This document shows, piece by piece, positions 1 through 12,386 of a stretch of DNA of 64,000 nt. The DNA comes from Hormiphora californensis. Its lineage: Eukaryota > Animalia > Ctenophora. The notes beneath the pieces are model-generated. The model was given only the letters and a program-made list of their open reading frames with translations, searched no databases and was not told the origin of the DNA. Numbering within the stretch: the stretch's first letter is position 1; each line of letters begins with the position of its first letter. The stretch is from contig CM035357.1 of the NCBI GenBank assembly GCA_020137815.1, positions 2,790,001-2,854,000 on the forward strand, given 5' to 3'. A program made the translations under genes and the position numbers.

Positions 1-1938
1 GCATCTGGCTAGTGGCTTTATCTCTCTCCGCTCTCTTACCGACCCCTCTCTCTCCCCCCTCCATTCTCCATCCCTATCTCTATTTTCATTTCTCCATCTA
101 TCTCTTCATTTCTCCATCAATCTCTCCCTTTCCCTCCCTCCCTCCCTCTCTGTATAGTGTGACTAATGTAATCCCAACTACAGCGACGTAACAGGACTAC
201 TACACTGGCTCACAGGAGAACTATTACTCTTTTCCAGGTAAGTCGAGTTGGTTACGAAGTCATTTCCAGGTAAAATCTTACCTTTGGTTACGAAGTCACC
301 CCTCTGTGGTCTCGCGCTGAGGGGTAATTTCGTTACCAAAGGTAAGAGAGATACTGAGAAGAGGGAATGAAGAGGTAGAATGGGGGAACATACACTTTGA
401 ATCGTGATGTTTTATGTTAATTCTAGGAACTAGTGGAGGGTTTTAGGAACTACATACAATGTAGAATCATTCTCTTCTTTTTCTGTACAATTCTTCTAAA
501 ATCTAAACATGTAAATATTTTAACTTAATCAATTATTGGTCCTTTTTAGGCTTAGATATTATCTCTCTTATTTTGGCTAGCTTCCAACTTTACTTTAACC
601 ATGCAAATCGTTTAGTTTCTTTTTGGGTATCGCTTGAAAGTGAAATATGTCAGTCGTCAGATAGCGACAGTCGGATCAGTTAAACTCTATATCGTATGAA
701 GGATGGTTAATATCTCTGTCTGTGTTTATGTGTGTGTCCCTCTCTCTGTCCCTCTCTATGTACCTCTCTCTCTCTCTCTCACTCTCTCTCTCACTCTCTC
801 TCTCACTCACTCTATCGCTCTCTCTCTCTCTCTCTCTCAAAAGTAAGTATCTCTCTACCCTCTCTCTGGGGTGGTTTTGCTGATATTGACCTCCATTCAT
901 CGACTGATACTACACACCCTGCACTCTGCTGCAATAGCAGAGATATTATTATGCAGAGTGACGAGATGATATTGAGAGAGGAAAGGAGATACAGGGAGAG
1001 ACACAAAGAGGAAGCATGGAGAGAAGGAGAGTAAAGACAGATCTTGGTGGATAAACATCTAGCTTGAGTAGTGTATATTCACCCGCCCAAAATGCATTCT
1101 ATTGAACACGACAGAGACAGGGTAGTTACTGGTTCTGTACCGCAGAACGATAGCTCAGCTCTGCACTACGGAACGGTAGAGGACTACTTTAGTGATCATT
1201 CAAAAACACAGGACAAATGTATGGTATTCGACATTGCACTCAGGTCGGGTCTGCACCGCCAGACTGCGATGTTGCGGGCATGTAACTCTTTTCTCATGTC
1301 TCCCCATTCTCTGGTATACTTACTTGGTCATTGGTCATTGGTGGGTGGTCGCATGAGAGATTCTGCGATAAAAGCCGTATTCTACCCTGTGTTACGCATT
1401 TTACTAAGTTGTTGTGTAGTAGCTGTTGTTGTACCTGCGACCTGCGTAAGTGTATTGAGAGACCCAAGTAAACAACCAATCAGAACTCGTTATTTAGGTC
1501 ACGTGACTGGTTATCAGCCAATCATGGACCAGTATTTCCTGTACTATACAGTAGCTGTTGTTGTACCTGCGTAAGTGTATTGAGGGACCCACGAGAATAG
1601 CATTTTCTGAGAACACTGCAGTTGTTGCCGCTGTGTGTTAATCATCTTTCTCTAGCTCTCTCTCTCTTTCTTTCTCTATCTATCTCCCTGTTCCTCTCCC
1701 TCTCTCTATTATATGCGTGTCACTCCGGGTCCTATCCCCTAGAGCTCTCTCTCTCTCGATCTCTCATTCCCTCTCGTCGCACGTATTTCTATAGTGTCCC
1801 TGACCGTGGGCATTGTATACGTCATGAACTACTTATTATAGCAGGGCCCAGGGCGGGGGTCACCGATTAATTACCATGGAGCTTGGCTAGCGAAATACGG
1901 GGTGGGGAAGATAGTGAGATAGAGATAGAGAAAAGAAG

Positions 1939-2093
<155 letters not shown>

Positions 2094-3885
2094 ACTTTCT
2101 CTCCCAGTCATTTTGACAGGATGCCAGCTCATTTCCTGCTAACAAACAACCACACCTGTGTTGATAAAGTAAGCAGCAACAAAAAGGTCATGCCGATAAA
2201 TAATGTAACACGAGTCGTGAGCTCAACAAATTATTCGTTACAACTTTCCGGTATAATATCCTGTGAATTGCTGCTCCAGCACAGCTCTAGTGGCACAATC
2301 GGTTAGCGCGTCGTACTTATAAGCAGTACAGGCTTGGTAATGCGAAGGTTGAGAGTTCGAGCCTCTCCTAGAGCATGATTTTTTGTCTTTTTTGAACGGA
2401 AATGCAATCTTTTCTAATGAAATTAACCCGGCATGCACTTTTCTAAAAGCAGGAAATAACACTTATCTTTTGCCGAAACTGGCAAACTCGTGTGTGTAGC
2501 TGTGTGCAGTGGGCAAAACACCAGCAGTGAAAACATGCGGAAGCTAATCTCTCCTACTTTTCTCCCCTTCACTTCTTAGTCTCCCTTTATTTCCCACTCA
2601 GTACTTTATTACATTATTTATCGGGAGATCCTTGTCATTTCCTTGACGTCACATGCCATTGGCCATCTATAATAGACAGAGAGGAGGCAAAAGGAGAAAT
2701 CGAGCCATTCTCTCCCAATATTTCGGCGACCATCCGTCATTCCCCCGCTCTGTCGCGACTTGACGGAACGCGCGGGTGTTTGAAGGTTCGGTTCTTGGCG
2801 CGTCAGAGAGCATCTGACACACGATCATTGCGCGCTTGGCAAATTGATTCAATGCAATTGACACGGACTTGTTGGCGGACTTGAACTGAACCCGTGTACT
2901 TGTTATCATATTGTCCATGTTATTCAGTGTTACGTAGGGTTATAGTCATAATCAAGATACAAATTAGCCAAAGAGTTTGTTGTTGGAATAGCTGGGGTAC
3001 CGGATTATTAACTCGGCTCTCGCTCATGTTGGCATACTTCACTCTCATTTTCAGTTGAATTGCGTCAACTCAAAATATATACAGTAATATAATACTGTAC
3101 ATATATTGGCATAATATTATTATTCTCATATTGTGAGAAAGTTAACATGGGTATGCTAAGAATCTTCCAAGAAGTGGATAGCACAATCAGTTTCTAGGAA
3201 ATCAATACACATTGTTGCCGTATATATTCCCCGTCCCGGCCTGCTACCACGCAGGTAGGACCTGTGTGTTTATACAAACATTCTACCTGAGAGAGGGGTA
3301 GTTTACTAAACAAATAAAGTGGTTGCAGGTCCAGGTAGCTTCTTTCAGGCATTATATATTTAGCTCTATATACTTGGTACTGCAGTAGCTGTGCAGATTC
3401 ATATGAGATTGGTGTGATGAGTAGAATATATTCCGTCTCGGCCTGCTATGACGCAGGTATCTGCTATCTGTTGTGTAGTTGTTGTAGTGTTGTGAAAGTC
3501 GATAGAAATATCATCTAGAGTGTAGAGAGACATCAAACTCTAAGATCGTTAGGAAATTAAGAAGGAGAGAGAAGGATTGCTATTATAGGGCAGAATAGGA
3601 TGCATCCTATCCGGATGGGATATTAATCGAGTTAGTAGCACTGTAAAAATCACACTCTTCTAGCATCTCTCTTTTTTTCTCTCTACACCTTGCCATTCAT
3701 CTCTAGTCTCTACTTTTTTCCCTCCATCACCATTTGCTATGAACGTGGTGGAGAGGGTTCCCTCATGCCACCGTCATTTGTAGTTCTTATCTTGTTAGCA
3801 TCCAGTTACAGTTTATCGCAGTCGACTGCTTGTTGGTAGCGAGACCCTGGCCCTCTCTCTCTCCCTTTCTCTCTCCCTTTCTCTC

Positions 3886-3937
<52 letters not shown>

Positions 3938-4218
3938 ATCTCAGGTGCAGGTGAAATGTTTGCTAAAATTAAGCCTGCACCTGAGACAGAACTTCTCTGA
4001 GAAAGACAGAGAGGGACAGAGAGATAAAGAGACAGATAGAGAGGCAGAGAGAGAGAGAGATAGAACGATAACCTAGTTATCGCTCCATGTACCCTTATAA
4101 ATCTCGCCACCCGACAAATACCTCGCGTTCTTGTTTTGCGAGTTCACGGTGGGCACATTTTGATAAAGAAATTCTTTTGATATTGTTCTTTGTGTCAAAG
4201 TTTGGCATGCACAATTAT

Positions 4219-4328
4219 TAGTAGGAGACACTAGCGTGGTATGCGCAAAAAAATGCGTGCCACACACCTGTTATTTTAGGTATGTGGCGCGCATTTTTTT
4301 GCGCGTACCACGCTAGTATCTCCTACTA
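4219..4328. mobile_element. Small hairpin MITE-like element
   Basis: tagtaggagacactagcgtggtatgcgcaaaaaaatgcg pairs with cgcatttttttgcgcgtaccacgctagtatctcctacta; nearly the whole element is an inverted repeat. Confidence 0.7.
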
Positions 4329-4642
4329 TATTGGGGATTGGAACAAGTCAAAGTTTGGGTTTTCACTAGTTTTTTATATTTTGCTTTTCTCGTCTCTACA
4401 GTCTACATCCACCCAGATATAACTACTCCCTCTATCTGTCAGTCTCTCTGGGAGCTACTAACTCCATATCTCCTCTTTTTTAGCTCAAACCTAACTCCTC
4501 CTCCCCCCTCTTTTATAGCTCCAACCAACTCCTCCTCCCCCTCTATCTTATAGCTCCATCCCCCTCCATCTGCATCCTTGATCCTAACTCCTCCCCCCCT
4601 CTCTCCTTTTTAGCTCCAACCCGGACAAGTACCGGCATCATC

Positions 4643-7600
4643 ATGTACACATGGCTGGCCAAAGTGATATCCCTGGTAATCTTACTGATAATTACCTGTG
4701 TGTTCGGGTTCCTACCACGGCTGATTCGGACCACGGGGAATGAGAAACTGCTCAGTATCGCTAACTGTGTCGCCGGTAATTGTTAATTAGTTTGGTAATT
4801 GGGAATTAGGGACTGGGTGGGGGGGACGACATGTTAATTGTTAATAAATCACCTCTTTTTTTCGATTTTGTTAATTAACGTTAATTAACAAAATTAACAA
4901 AATTAACAAAATTAACAAATGCTAAAAGACTGTTCTTATTGGTTGATGATACGACTTTAACTGGTTTAATTTTATAGTTTAACGACTTCTCTAACACATT
5001 TATACCCAAACAAGGCCTCCCCCGATAACCGAAGTCTGCCATACAGGTTTTTTGGGCTCAAAATCGATAAAAATCCAAAATTACAAATATTTCAATTTAG
5101 CGTATAAAATCTAACTTAAACGTAATTTTTTTCATTGATGATAGATTCTTTGGACTTAAGAAGATGATGTACAACGTTTCTGTTGGAAAAAGAAATAAAA
5201 TTTTTCCAAAATCAATTTTTTGGTCAAAGATTGAAAATTTGCTTGTGTTTTTTTAGAAAAATTGATTTTTGGGGTATTTTTCGTTTTAAGGTAAATTCAT
5301 GAGTTTTTAGGGTTGGAAAATGTGGATTAGGGTCATTTGACTTTAATTGCGGTTTAGCTTGGCTAGTTTTTATCAAAATTTACACAATGGAACAAATCGC
5401 TGTAGAAAATCCGTAGTAGAAGTAGGTCTATGCAAATCGTGCAGAAGGAACAACTTTGCTTGCAGAACAAGTGTTAAATACCAAAAACACGTGCTAAACG
5501 GGATTTAGATCGTATAAATGGCATTTGTTAACGTTTGTTAACTTTTTGTTAATTTTGTTAATAAATCACCTGTTTTCTCGATGTTAATATTAACAAAGTT
5601 AACAAAATTAACATGTCGCACCCCCCGACTGGGTAATTAACTAATTGGGTAATTTTGTACATTAGGGACTGGGCATGTTTTGAGGGTGGAATCGATCATT
5701 TTGGACCACATTTCGATACTACATTGTGATGTGATTGCAGGTGGTGTATTGATGGGTACAACTCTACTTCACCTGCTCCCTGAAGTAATGGAGGATGTGG
5801 AGAACGGCTTCAAACAGAACAATATTGACATTGATTATCCTATTGGAACTCTCACTGTTGGACTGGGGTTCCTGTTGATTGTCTTTATTGAGATGTTAGC
5901 TCATACCATTCAGGTAACGTTAGTAGTAGGTGGTACTGCAATTAGTGTGTCGTACCATATTTGGGAATATGTATATGACGTCATCACATGCCCAAATATG
6001 TATACCGGCCTGGTGTGACATCGTGTTTCGGTCTTTTCTCTGCATTTATTTTATCGAGTTTATGTGTAACCTACTTTTCTTTGTAGGATAAAATGAGATC
6101 TAACATTGCTGGACACGGACACTCCCATGGGCCTCCCGCCGAGACAGACAGTCTGCCCCGACAATACTCTCTCCCCCGAGAAGATGATTGTCACGATGTC
6201 CCCCCGGGATGTGAAGATGATGTCAATCTATTCGATAGGTAAAATTAGTATAATTACTTCCGTTGTTTTTAATTTGTATATAATTAGTTAATTAGCTCAT
6301 CCAGAAGTAAACCTATCAATTTCTCACGCCGAAATCTACTATAACTGGCAGCGCTAGACTAAACAATATGGTATTGGAAAACATGTATACAGCTGATGAA
6401 GCCATGAGCACTCAGATGTATCAATGTTCAGATCAAAGGTATTAGCTTATCTATAGCACAACCCAGTCAGAAGAAAGTCCTCTTCGGCGGTGGCGGAACC
6501 GGAGGTCATTTTGGTTAGCCCCCACCCCCGCCCTGGAGAATCTCTCTGCCACTTCTGTTCTCGACATCTAAACAAACATTCTAACACTTCTTAAAATTCT
6601 TCGTCTCCTTCCATTCATCTTTACCAAGAGGCTATCACGTAGCTGGAGATCTAGATCTACTTATATATATAATGAACCTGGGTAGAGCCCTTTATTCCAC
6701 CCTGGCACTCAGTTCCTTATTATACACTTGAACAAAAAAGATAGTGGACTATACTAACTCTGTCAATCACTATAAAACTCAAAAAAGTCTGTCAAGTGTC
6801 AACGAATACGTTTTGATTTCTTCTTCCGGCTGGACAAAATGAGAGACGGGTATTTTATTATAGAATAACTCTGTCAACTATAGTTATTAGTTACTGACCC
6901 CCCCCCCTTTCCTCAGTATGGAGAGAGTGAGGAGGTTCACTCGGGCATCCAGCAAGACTAATCTGGAAAGAAGTATAAACGCACGAAGAAATACGGTATG
7001 TACTTAATTTAGTATATTTAATTTAGCAGTCCTATTCTAATTCTATAAATATAATTGTTTTCTTCTAGCGACCAAGGTCAAGAAACTCAGAAGGTGAGAG
7101 AAAGCCGTTGCTAGGAGACGCCGTCCAGAACTCTCACCACCCCAACAACTCTGTTACTTATGGTAAGCTTGAAACATTGTGTGGTAAAGTTTAATCGACA
7201 TCTGTTACTTATTGTAAAGTCTTATGGTAAAGTTTGACATATTACACCAGTCTGTCGGTTCTCACATAGCCTATACGTTAAATATTTTGAGTTATAATCC
7301 AGTTTGGTAACACTTGGTAAATCCAGACGATGATGAAAAAGAGCGGGCTTTGGAGAATCCGGGTAATTAGTAGTGTAATGTAACTAATTAGTGTAATTAA
7401 GGCCAGAGGGGGGGGGTCGGGGGGTCTAAAAAGTCACTTTCGGGGTTTGGTCCGGCTCGAAGAGCCGGACCAAATGAAATAGTTGGAATCGTTTTAGCGC
7501 GCACCGTTAAGGAGAAAATTGAGGTTAACTTTTCGCCCAAAATGAATGTAAACCTCAAAAAAGCATGTATTTATGTCACTTACACAGATGAAAATGGTAC

Positions 7601-10268
7601 CAATCGATAAATCTTATCAAGGAGACCAAGTATTCAAAGTTTCAGAGGTCTAAAACATATAGTTGTTCAGATATTTGAGGTTAACATATCTCCCAAAAAA
7701 CAACCTTTTGTTGAATATTTCAGAACATTTTTTTTCACTTTCTGCACCACTTCCTGAAGAGACGGCTAGGACCTGGGCCTTGAAACTTCGCAGTTATGAT
7801 CCTGAGATGGTGAACTAAAAATCTGGTGTAGCGATTTTTGATTTAGGCCCTAGTTCCTGAAATATTGAGGTTAACGTTTCAAAAATCAAGCTTTTTAAAA
7901 TGTTAACCTCAATATTTCAGGAACTAGGGCCTAAATCAAAAATCGCTGCACCAGATTTTTAGTTCACCATCTCAGGATCATAACTGCCAAGTTTCAATGC
8001 CCAGGTCCTAGTCGTCTCTTCAGGAAGTGGTGCAGAAAGTGAAATTGTGGACCTAAAGTTATCCAACAAAAGGTTGTTTTTTGGGAGATATGTTAACCTC
8101 AAATATCTGAACAACTATATGGCTTAGACCTCTGAAACTTTGAATACTTGGTCTCCTTGATAAGATCTATCGATTGGTACCATTTTCATCTGTGTAGGTG
8201 ACATAAATACACGCTTTTTTGAGGTTTACATTCATTTTGGGCGAAAAGTTAACCTCAAAAAACAGGGCCTCCTGATACACTTGGTGCGCAGCTACCCTAT
8301 CCAAAACTTTCCTACCTCCGAGTTACATCACATATGTAAACCTCAGAAAAGTGCATTTTTTTACCCTCGGACCCCCCCCCTCTTAACTAGTGTAGTTAAA
8401 TAATTATCATGTACAAACTAATGAAGAACTTGTAAACAAGGCCTCTTTCATTCTCAACTTTATACCTTTTCTCGAAACTCTGACCTATTCCCGGCCCTGT
8501 AGTTTGAACAAAACAAGATACAACCGTACTGTTCACCGAATGATCACCCTGACCCATATTCTATCTTCTTTTCTTATCCCAGCCTAGATTTGTTAAGTAC
8601 TCAACAAGCTTAGATTGTAATCTGTCCTACCAACAATTCTCATCTTTAATATAAAGTCCATTTTTTTTCAACTGTTCACCCGAAAACTGAAATTTAGAAT
8701 TTTTGTGGCGCGCGCTACACGTTAACATGTGATAAACGCGCAAAATAATTCCGCGCACGACTTTGGGGGGTGAACAGTTGAAAAAAAATGGAGTATAGAG
8801 TTCAATATGACGTGTTGAATTGAAATACCTGACAATATATATCTACCTTGATCTACCCTCAATGTTGTGAAGGGGAATTCGAACATAACAATTTCTTTAC
8901 CCAGCGAGTATAGACGAGGAAAGACAGGCAGCACATGGAGGACACGGACACAGCCACGATCACGGACCACCAACAGAGATTAAAAGTTTTGGAAGTGTGC
9001 TACTTCTTTTTGCATTATCGGTTAGTAGGTAGACGATAAACCGGGGTTTTTTGAAACGGTATTGTGATCATTCACTGATCATCGGACGTCAGAAAATTCT
9101 TGATTTATGAGGTAAGAACAAGTTATTGTTACTATTTTCCAATCGCTACATTTTCCAGGTTCATTCCATCCTTGAGGGTATGGCAGTTGGTTCTGAGAGT
9201 GACTGGTTGATGGTGTTCACTGTTACAGCAGCCTTGTCAGTTCATAAAGTTCTCTTAGCATTCGCTCTCGGTAAGTGGTCATAGCAATCTCTCCCTGGCC
9301 CTGAGACTTAGATCCCCTTACTCCCCTAACTCCCTTTGCTTTGTTTGTCACCATGGCTACTCCCCCTAACCCCCCCCCCCCTTTCTTTGTCACCATGGCA
9401 ACTCCCCCTAACTTCTAACTCCCTCTCCAGGTGTAAAGATTGTTGATGAAGGTCAAACTCTGGCTGTTCACATTCGTTCCGTTGCCCTCTTTGCTATATC
9501 CAGCCCAATTGGTAAGGAGAAAATCAAAAATCGAAATTACTTAGTCATTTCTAGAAACATATTTCCACTGTTTTTTTGTGAAAACTGGGGACATCCAGGA
9601 ATTCAAATAAAAATAGAAATGAGAGAGTCGAACTAGAAATAAATCAGCTCACCAATGACCAACATGTTTTTGAGAGAGTAGAAACAGTTTACTAACATGT
9701 TGTTTTTCTCCCCAGCTCACTAACCTGTTGTATTTCAGGTGTTGCTATTGGTGTGGGTGTAGAGTTATCCCACTTCAACCCGGCAACTAAAACTCTGGTA
9801 GAGGGTCTAATCCAGGCCGTGGCAACTGGAACCTTCCTGTACATTGCATTTGTTGAGATTATCACACCTGAACTTAATAAACCTGACCTGCCACCAATGT
9901 TCAAGGTTAGTTAGTGCGACCTGCCCGAGGTAGAGATCATCTGTCTTCGCCGGCCTAGATCGTTTTTAGGGACAGGGACTGTCAGGCCAATGCTCTGACA
10001 GGATAGGGAGGTACACTAACTTACGGGGGACGGTAATATTTATTAGGGAGCTAGATAACATGTTTCCAAACCAAACCAAAACGTTTCCTCCCCTGTTCAG
10101 TGGCTGTGTCTGGCGGTGGGTTACATCATTATGGTGTGTGTACAGTTCATCCCAGAGGGAGAGGAGGATGTGGACAACCATAGTCATTCTGTGAAGTCCC
10201 ATTACTATGTAGTATTATTGCTATTGATAGGCCATACCAACTGGGAAAATGGCAAATATGTGCAATAA
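4643..10268 (+). CDS. ZIP (SLC39A1/2/3-like, subfamily II) zinc transporter, 11 exons: 4643-4775, 5741-5913, 6087-6238, 6917-6995, 7069-7162, 7327-7362, 8905-9020, 9159-9270, 9431-9511, 9739-9905, 10101-10268
   Basis: Phase-consistent GT-AG exons give NCVAGGVLMGTTLLHLLPE, His-rich loop segments GHGHSHG and HGGHGHSHDHG, TM4 ALSVHSILEGMAVG, TM5 VHKVLLAFALG, SPIG, and ATGTFLYIAFVEII. The 3' end of the last exon is less certain. Confidence 0.93.
4819..5626. mobile_element. Non-autonomous DNA transposon with 8-bp TSD in ZIP intron 1
   Basis: GACTGGGT at 4811-4818 and 5627-5634 flanks TIRs gggggggacgacatgttaa / ttaacatgtcgcacccccc, with subterminal (ttaacaaaa)n repeats. Confidence 0.85.
7405..8383. 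mobile_element. Foldback/MITE element in ZIP intron 6
   Basis: Arms of about 370 bp (about 7520-7880 vs 7900-8260) are near-perfect inverted copies; termini are agagggggggggtc / gacccccccctct with TTAA close to both ends. Confidence 0.85.
8655..8793. mobile_element. Short MITE-like inverted repeat
   Basis: tccattttttttcaactgttcaccc ... gggtgaacagttgaaaaaaaatgga. Confidence 0.6.
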
Positions 10269-10884
10269 ACATTTTAGGCACGTTTCTCACATGGTTGGAG
10301 TGGAAAATTTTTCTGGTTTTCTGGGACCCCATTGGAGTACAATGCAAGTGGAAAACCTTTGTTATGTATCAGTTCCCTAAATAGCCCCAAAATGACGAAA
10401 AATCACTGGCCTTTGCCTAATTTTGCCAAATTTTTTTGCCCACTTTTGTCCAGTCGGACATGGAGCCTTATCAACCCTAAGTCATAAGTAAGTACATTAA
10501 TTATCGGTTGGAATCGATAGAGGGAACCTCTTGGAAGACATTGGAGGTGAAAAACATTTGTCACAGAGGGTTTTCTGGTAAAGTTTTGATGCTTATAATA
10601 TTTTTGCCCACTTTTTGCCCACTTTGCCCACATTATACCTGTTTTTTGAGATTTTGGTTTGCCCATGTGGGCAAATGTGGGCAAAAGTGGGCAAAAAAAA
10701 AGGTGACGTCCCCCCCATGGTAACCATGGTAACCAAAGTAACCATATTAGCCATAGTAACTATGTAGTATGTATTTCATGGAAAATGTGTGTGTGTTACA
10801 AACCGGAAAACACACACATACATACCAAACTCTCTCTCTCGCACCAAGCACAAACAGTATTACGTGGAAAGGACACAGTATAAA

Positions 10885-11320
10885 TTACACGTCACTGACA
10901 AAACTTGGTCTCGCTCGGTCATCAGTCTTTAGGCCAACCCGTTTTGTGGAGGTCACGACAGGTTTCTCATTTAGCTCAACAAAGATATCCTCAACTTCAT
11001 GATTAGTAGCCCTGGCAGTGGTTTCTGGGAGCCCAAATAAAACTAAATTCAGCTTTCTATTCGGAGTTGTTCTTTCTGTTGGTGGAGAGGAAACTGTCGC
11101 CTTCTTCCATGCTTCCTTCAGGCGAGATAGAGCAATAGCAGCTGAAAAATTCTGTACAAGGACCTTGGAGTAGTTATGCAACTGCTTTTGGACAGACTCT
11201 GACATCGAGTTGTTTTCACGTTTTTGTACTTCAATCAAACTATTTTGTGCTTCTATCAGCTTCCCTTGCAATGCAATCCTTGCTACCCGATGCTTGTCGA
11301 CTTCTTCTTTCTCATCCTGA
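10885..11320 (-). mobile_element. LINE ORF1-like fragment (coiled coil plus RKLNLVLFGLPE motif)
   Basis: Heptad-rich segment followed by NRKLNLVLFGLPE...KRVG...RP, which resembles CR1/L2-type ORF1 proteins; truncated. Confidence 0.6.
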
Positions 11321-11404
11321 AGATACCACATCCAAGAACGTGCCACATCCAGAAGATACCATATATCCAAGAGCGTGCCACATCCAGAAGATACCATATA
11401 TATA

Positions 11405-11980
11405 TATATTGTTCCCCACTGTGGAGTCCCTACAACATCGGAGATATACAGGCCCTTGAGAACATCCAACGGTTCTTTACAAGAAGGATTGAGGGAATGG
11501 AAAACCTCGACTACTGGGAGCGAATGAAAAAACTCCACCTCATGTCGTTACAAAGACGAAGAGAACGATACACTATTATTCAGCTATGGAAAATCAACAA
11601 TGGTGTCGCCCCAAATAGCACCGGAACCCGGTTTTATCATCACGAACGGCTTGGAATAAAAGCCGAAGTTCCAAACCTGTACAGCGGAGCACAGAAGTCA
11701 ATATCAACAAAATACTTCAACTCCTTCGGTGTAAGGTCTGCTCGGTTATGGAATGCATTACCGAAAAATGTCAACACGGCAGAGACTTTGGACACGTTTA
11801 AGGTCGTGCTGGGACGGTGGCTCGATCAGTACCCGGACAATCCACCCGTGAAGGGTTATGTGACTCAGAATGGGAATTCAATCTTGGATTGGGTACTAGC
11901 GGTTCGGGCGAAGGGGGGAGGTCGGAGAGACTGACACCTTTTATGATTGTGTAATAAAGTGTTTCAATAAGTTCAATAAG
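11405..11980 (+). mobile_element. 5'-truncated CR1-clade LINE (ORF2 C-terminus plus 3' tail)
   Basis: YCSPLWSPY...LENIQRFFTRRI...YWERMKKLHLMSLQRRRERY...RLWNALP...FKVVL; ends in aataaa followed by (ttcaataag)2. Confidence 0.9.
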
Positions 11981-12386
11981 TATATCCAAGAGCGTGCCAC
12001 ATCCAGAAGATACCATATATACAAGAGCGTGCCACATCCAGAGAGAGTGCATCACACTCTGAATAGCGACTGTTCACTGTTGAGTGTTGTTACAAACTAT
12101 TAACTAAAAACAATACCCAATTGGGGTTTTGAAAAAGAAAGCGTTGACATACTTACAGCTTTAAATTTAATAAAATCTCTAAAAAGCAAAGATGGTAGAT
12201 GAAAAGCTAGATATTTTAAGATATTATTTCGTTCGATGTCACTGATCCACACAGGTGTGAGGTGATTCCAATCGATATCATTTTCAACAAAAACTAACAA
12301 GCATTGTTCATAATTGTTCATAATTGTTCATAAACATCGAGCTAGTTCTTCCCCATTTCAAAGTTTAATATTAGTTCAGTGTTAAG

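Noticed and set aside
184-1355. Possible + strand exons (184-237, 1146-1218) of a gene entering the window
   Set aside because: Splice-like sites exist, but no recognisable protein or consistent exon chain could be built.
2667-2918. 83-aa minus-strand ORF
   Set aside because: No motif, homology or splice support visible.
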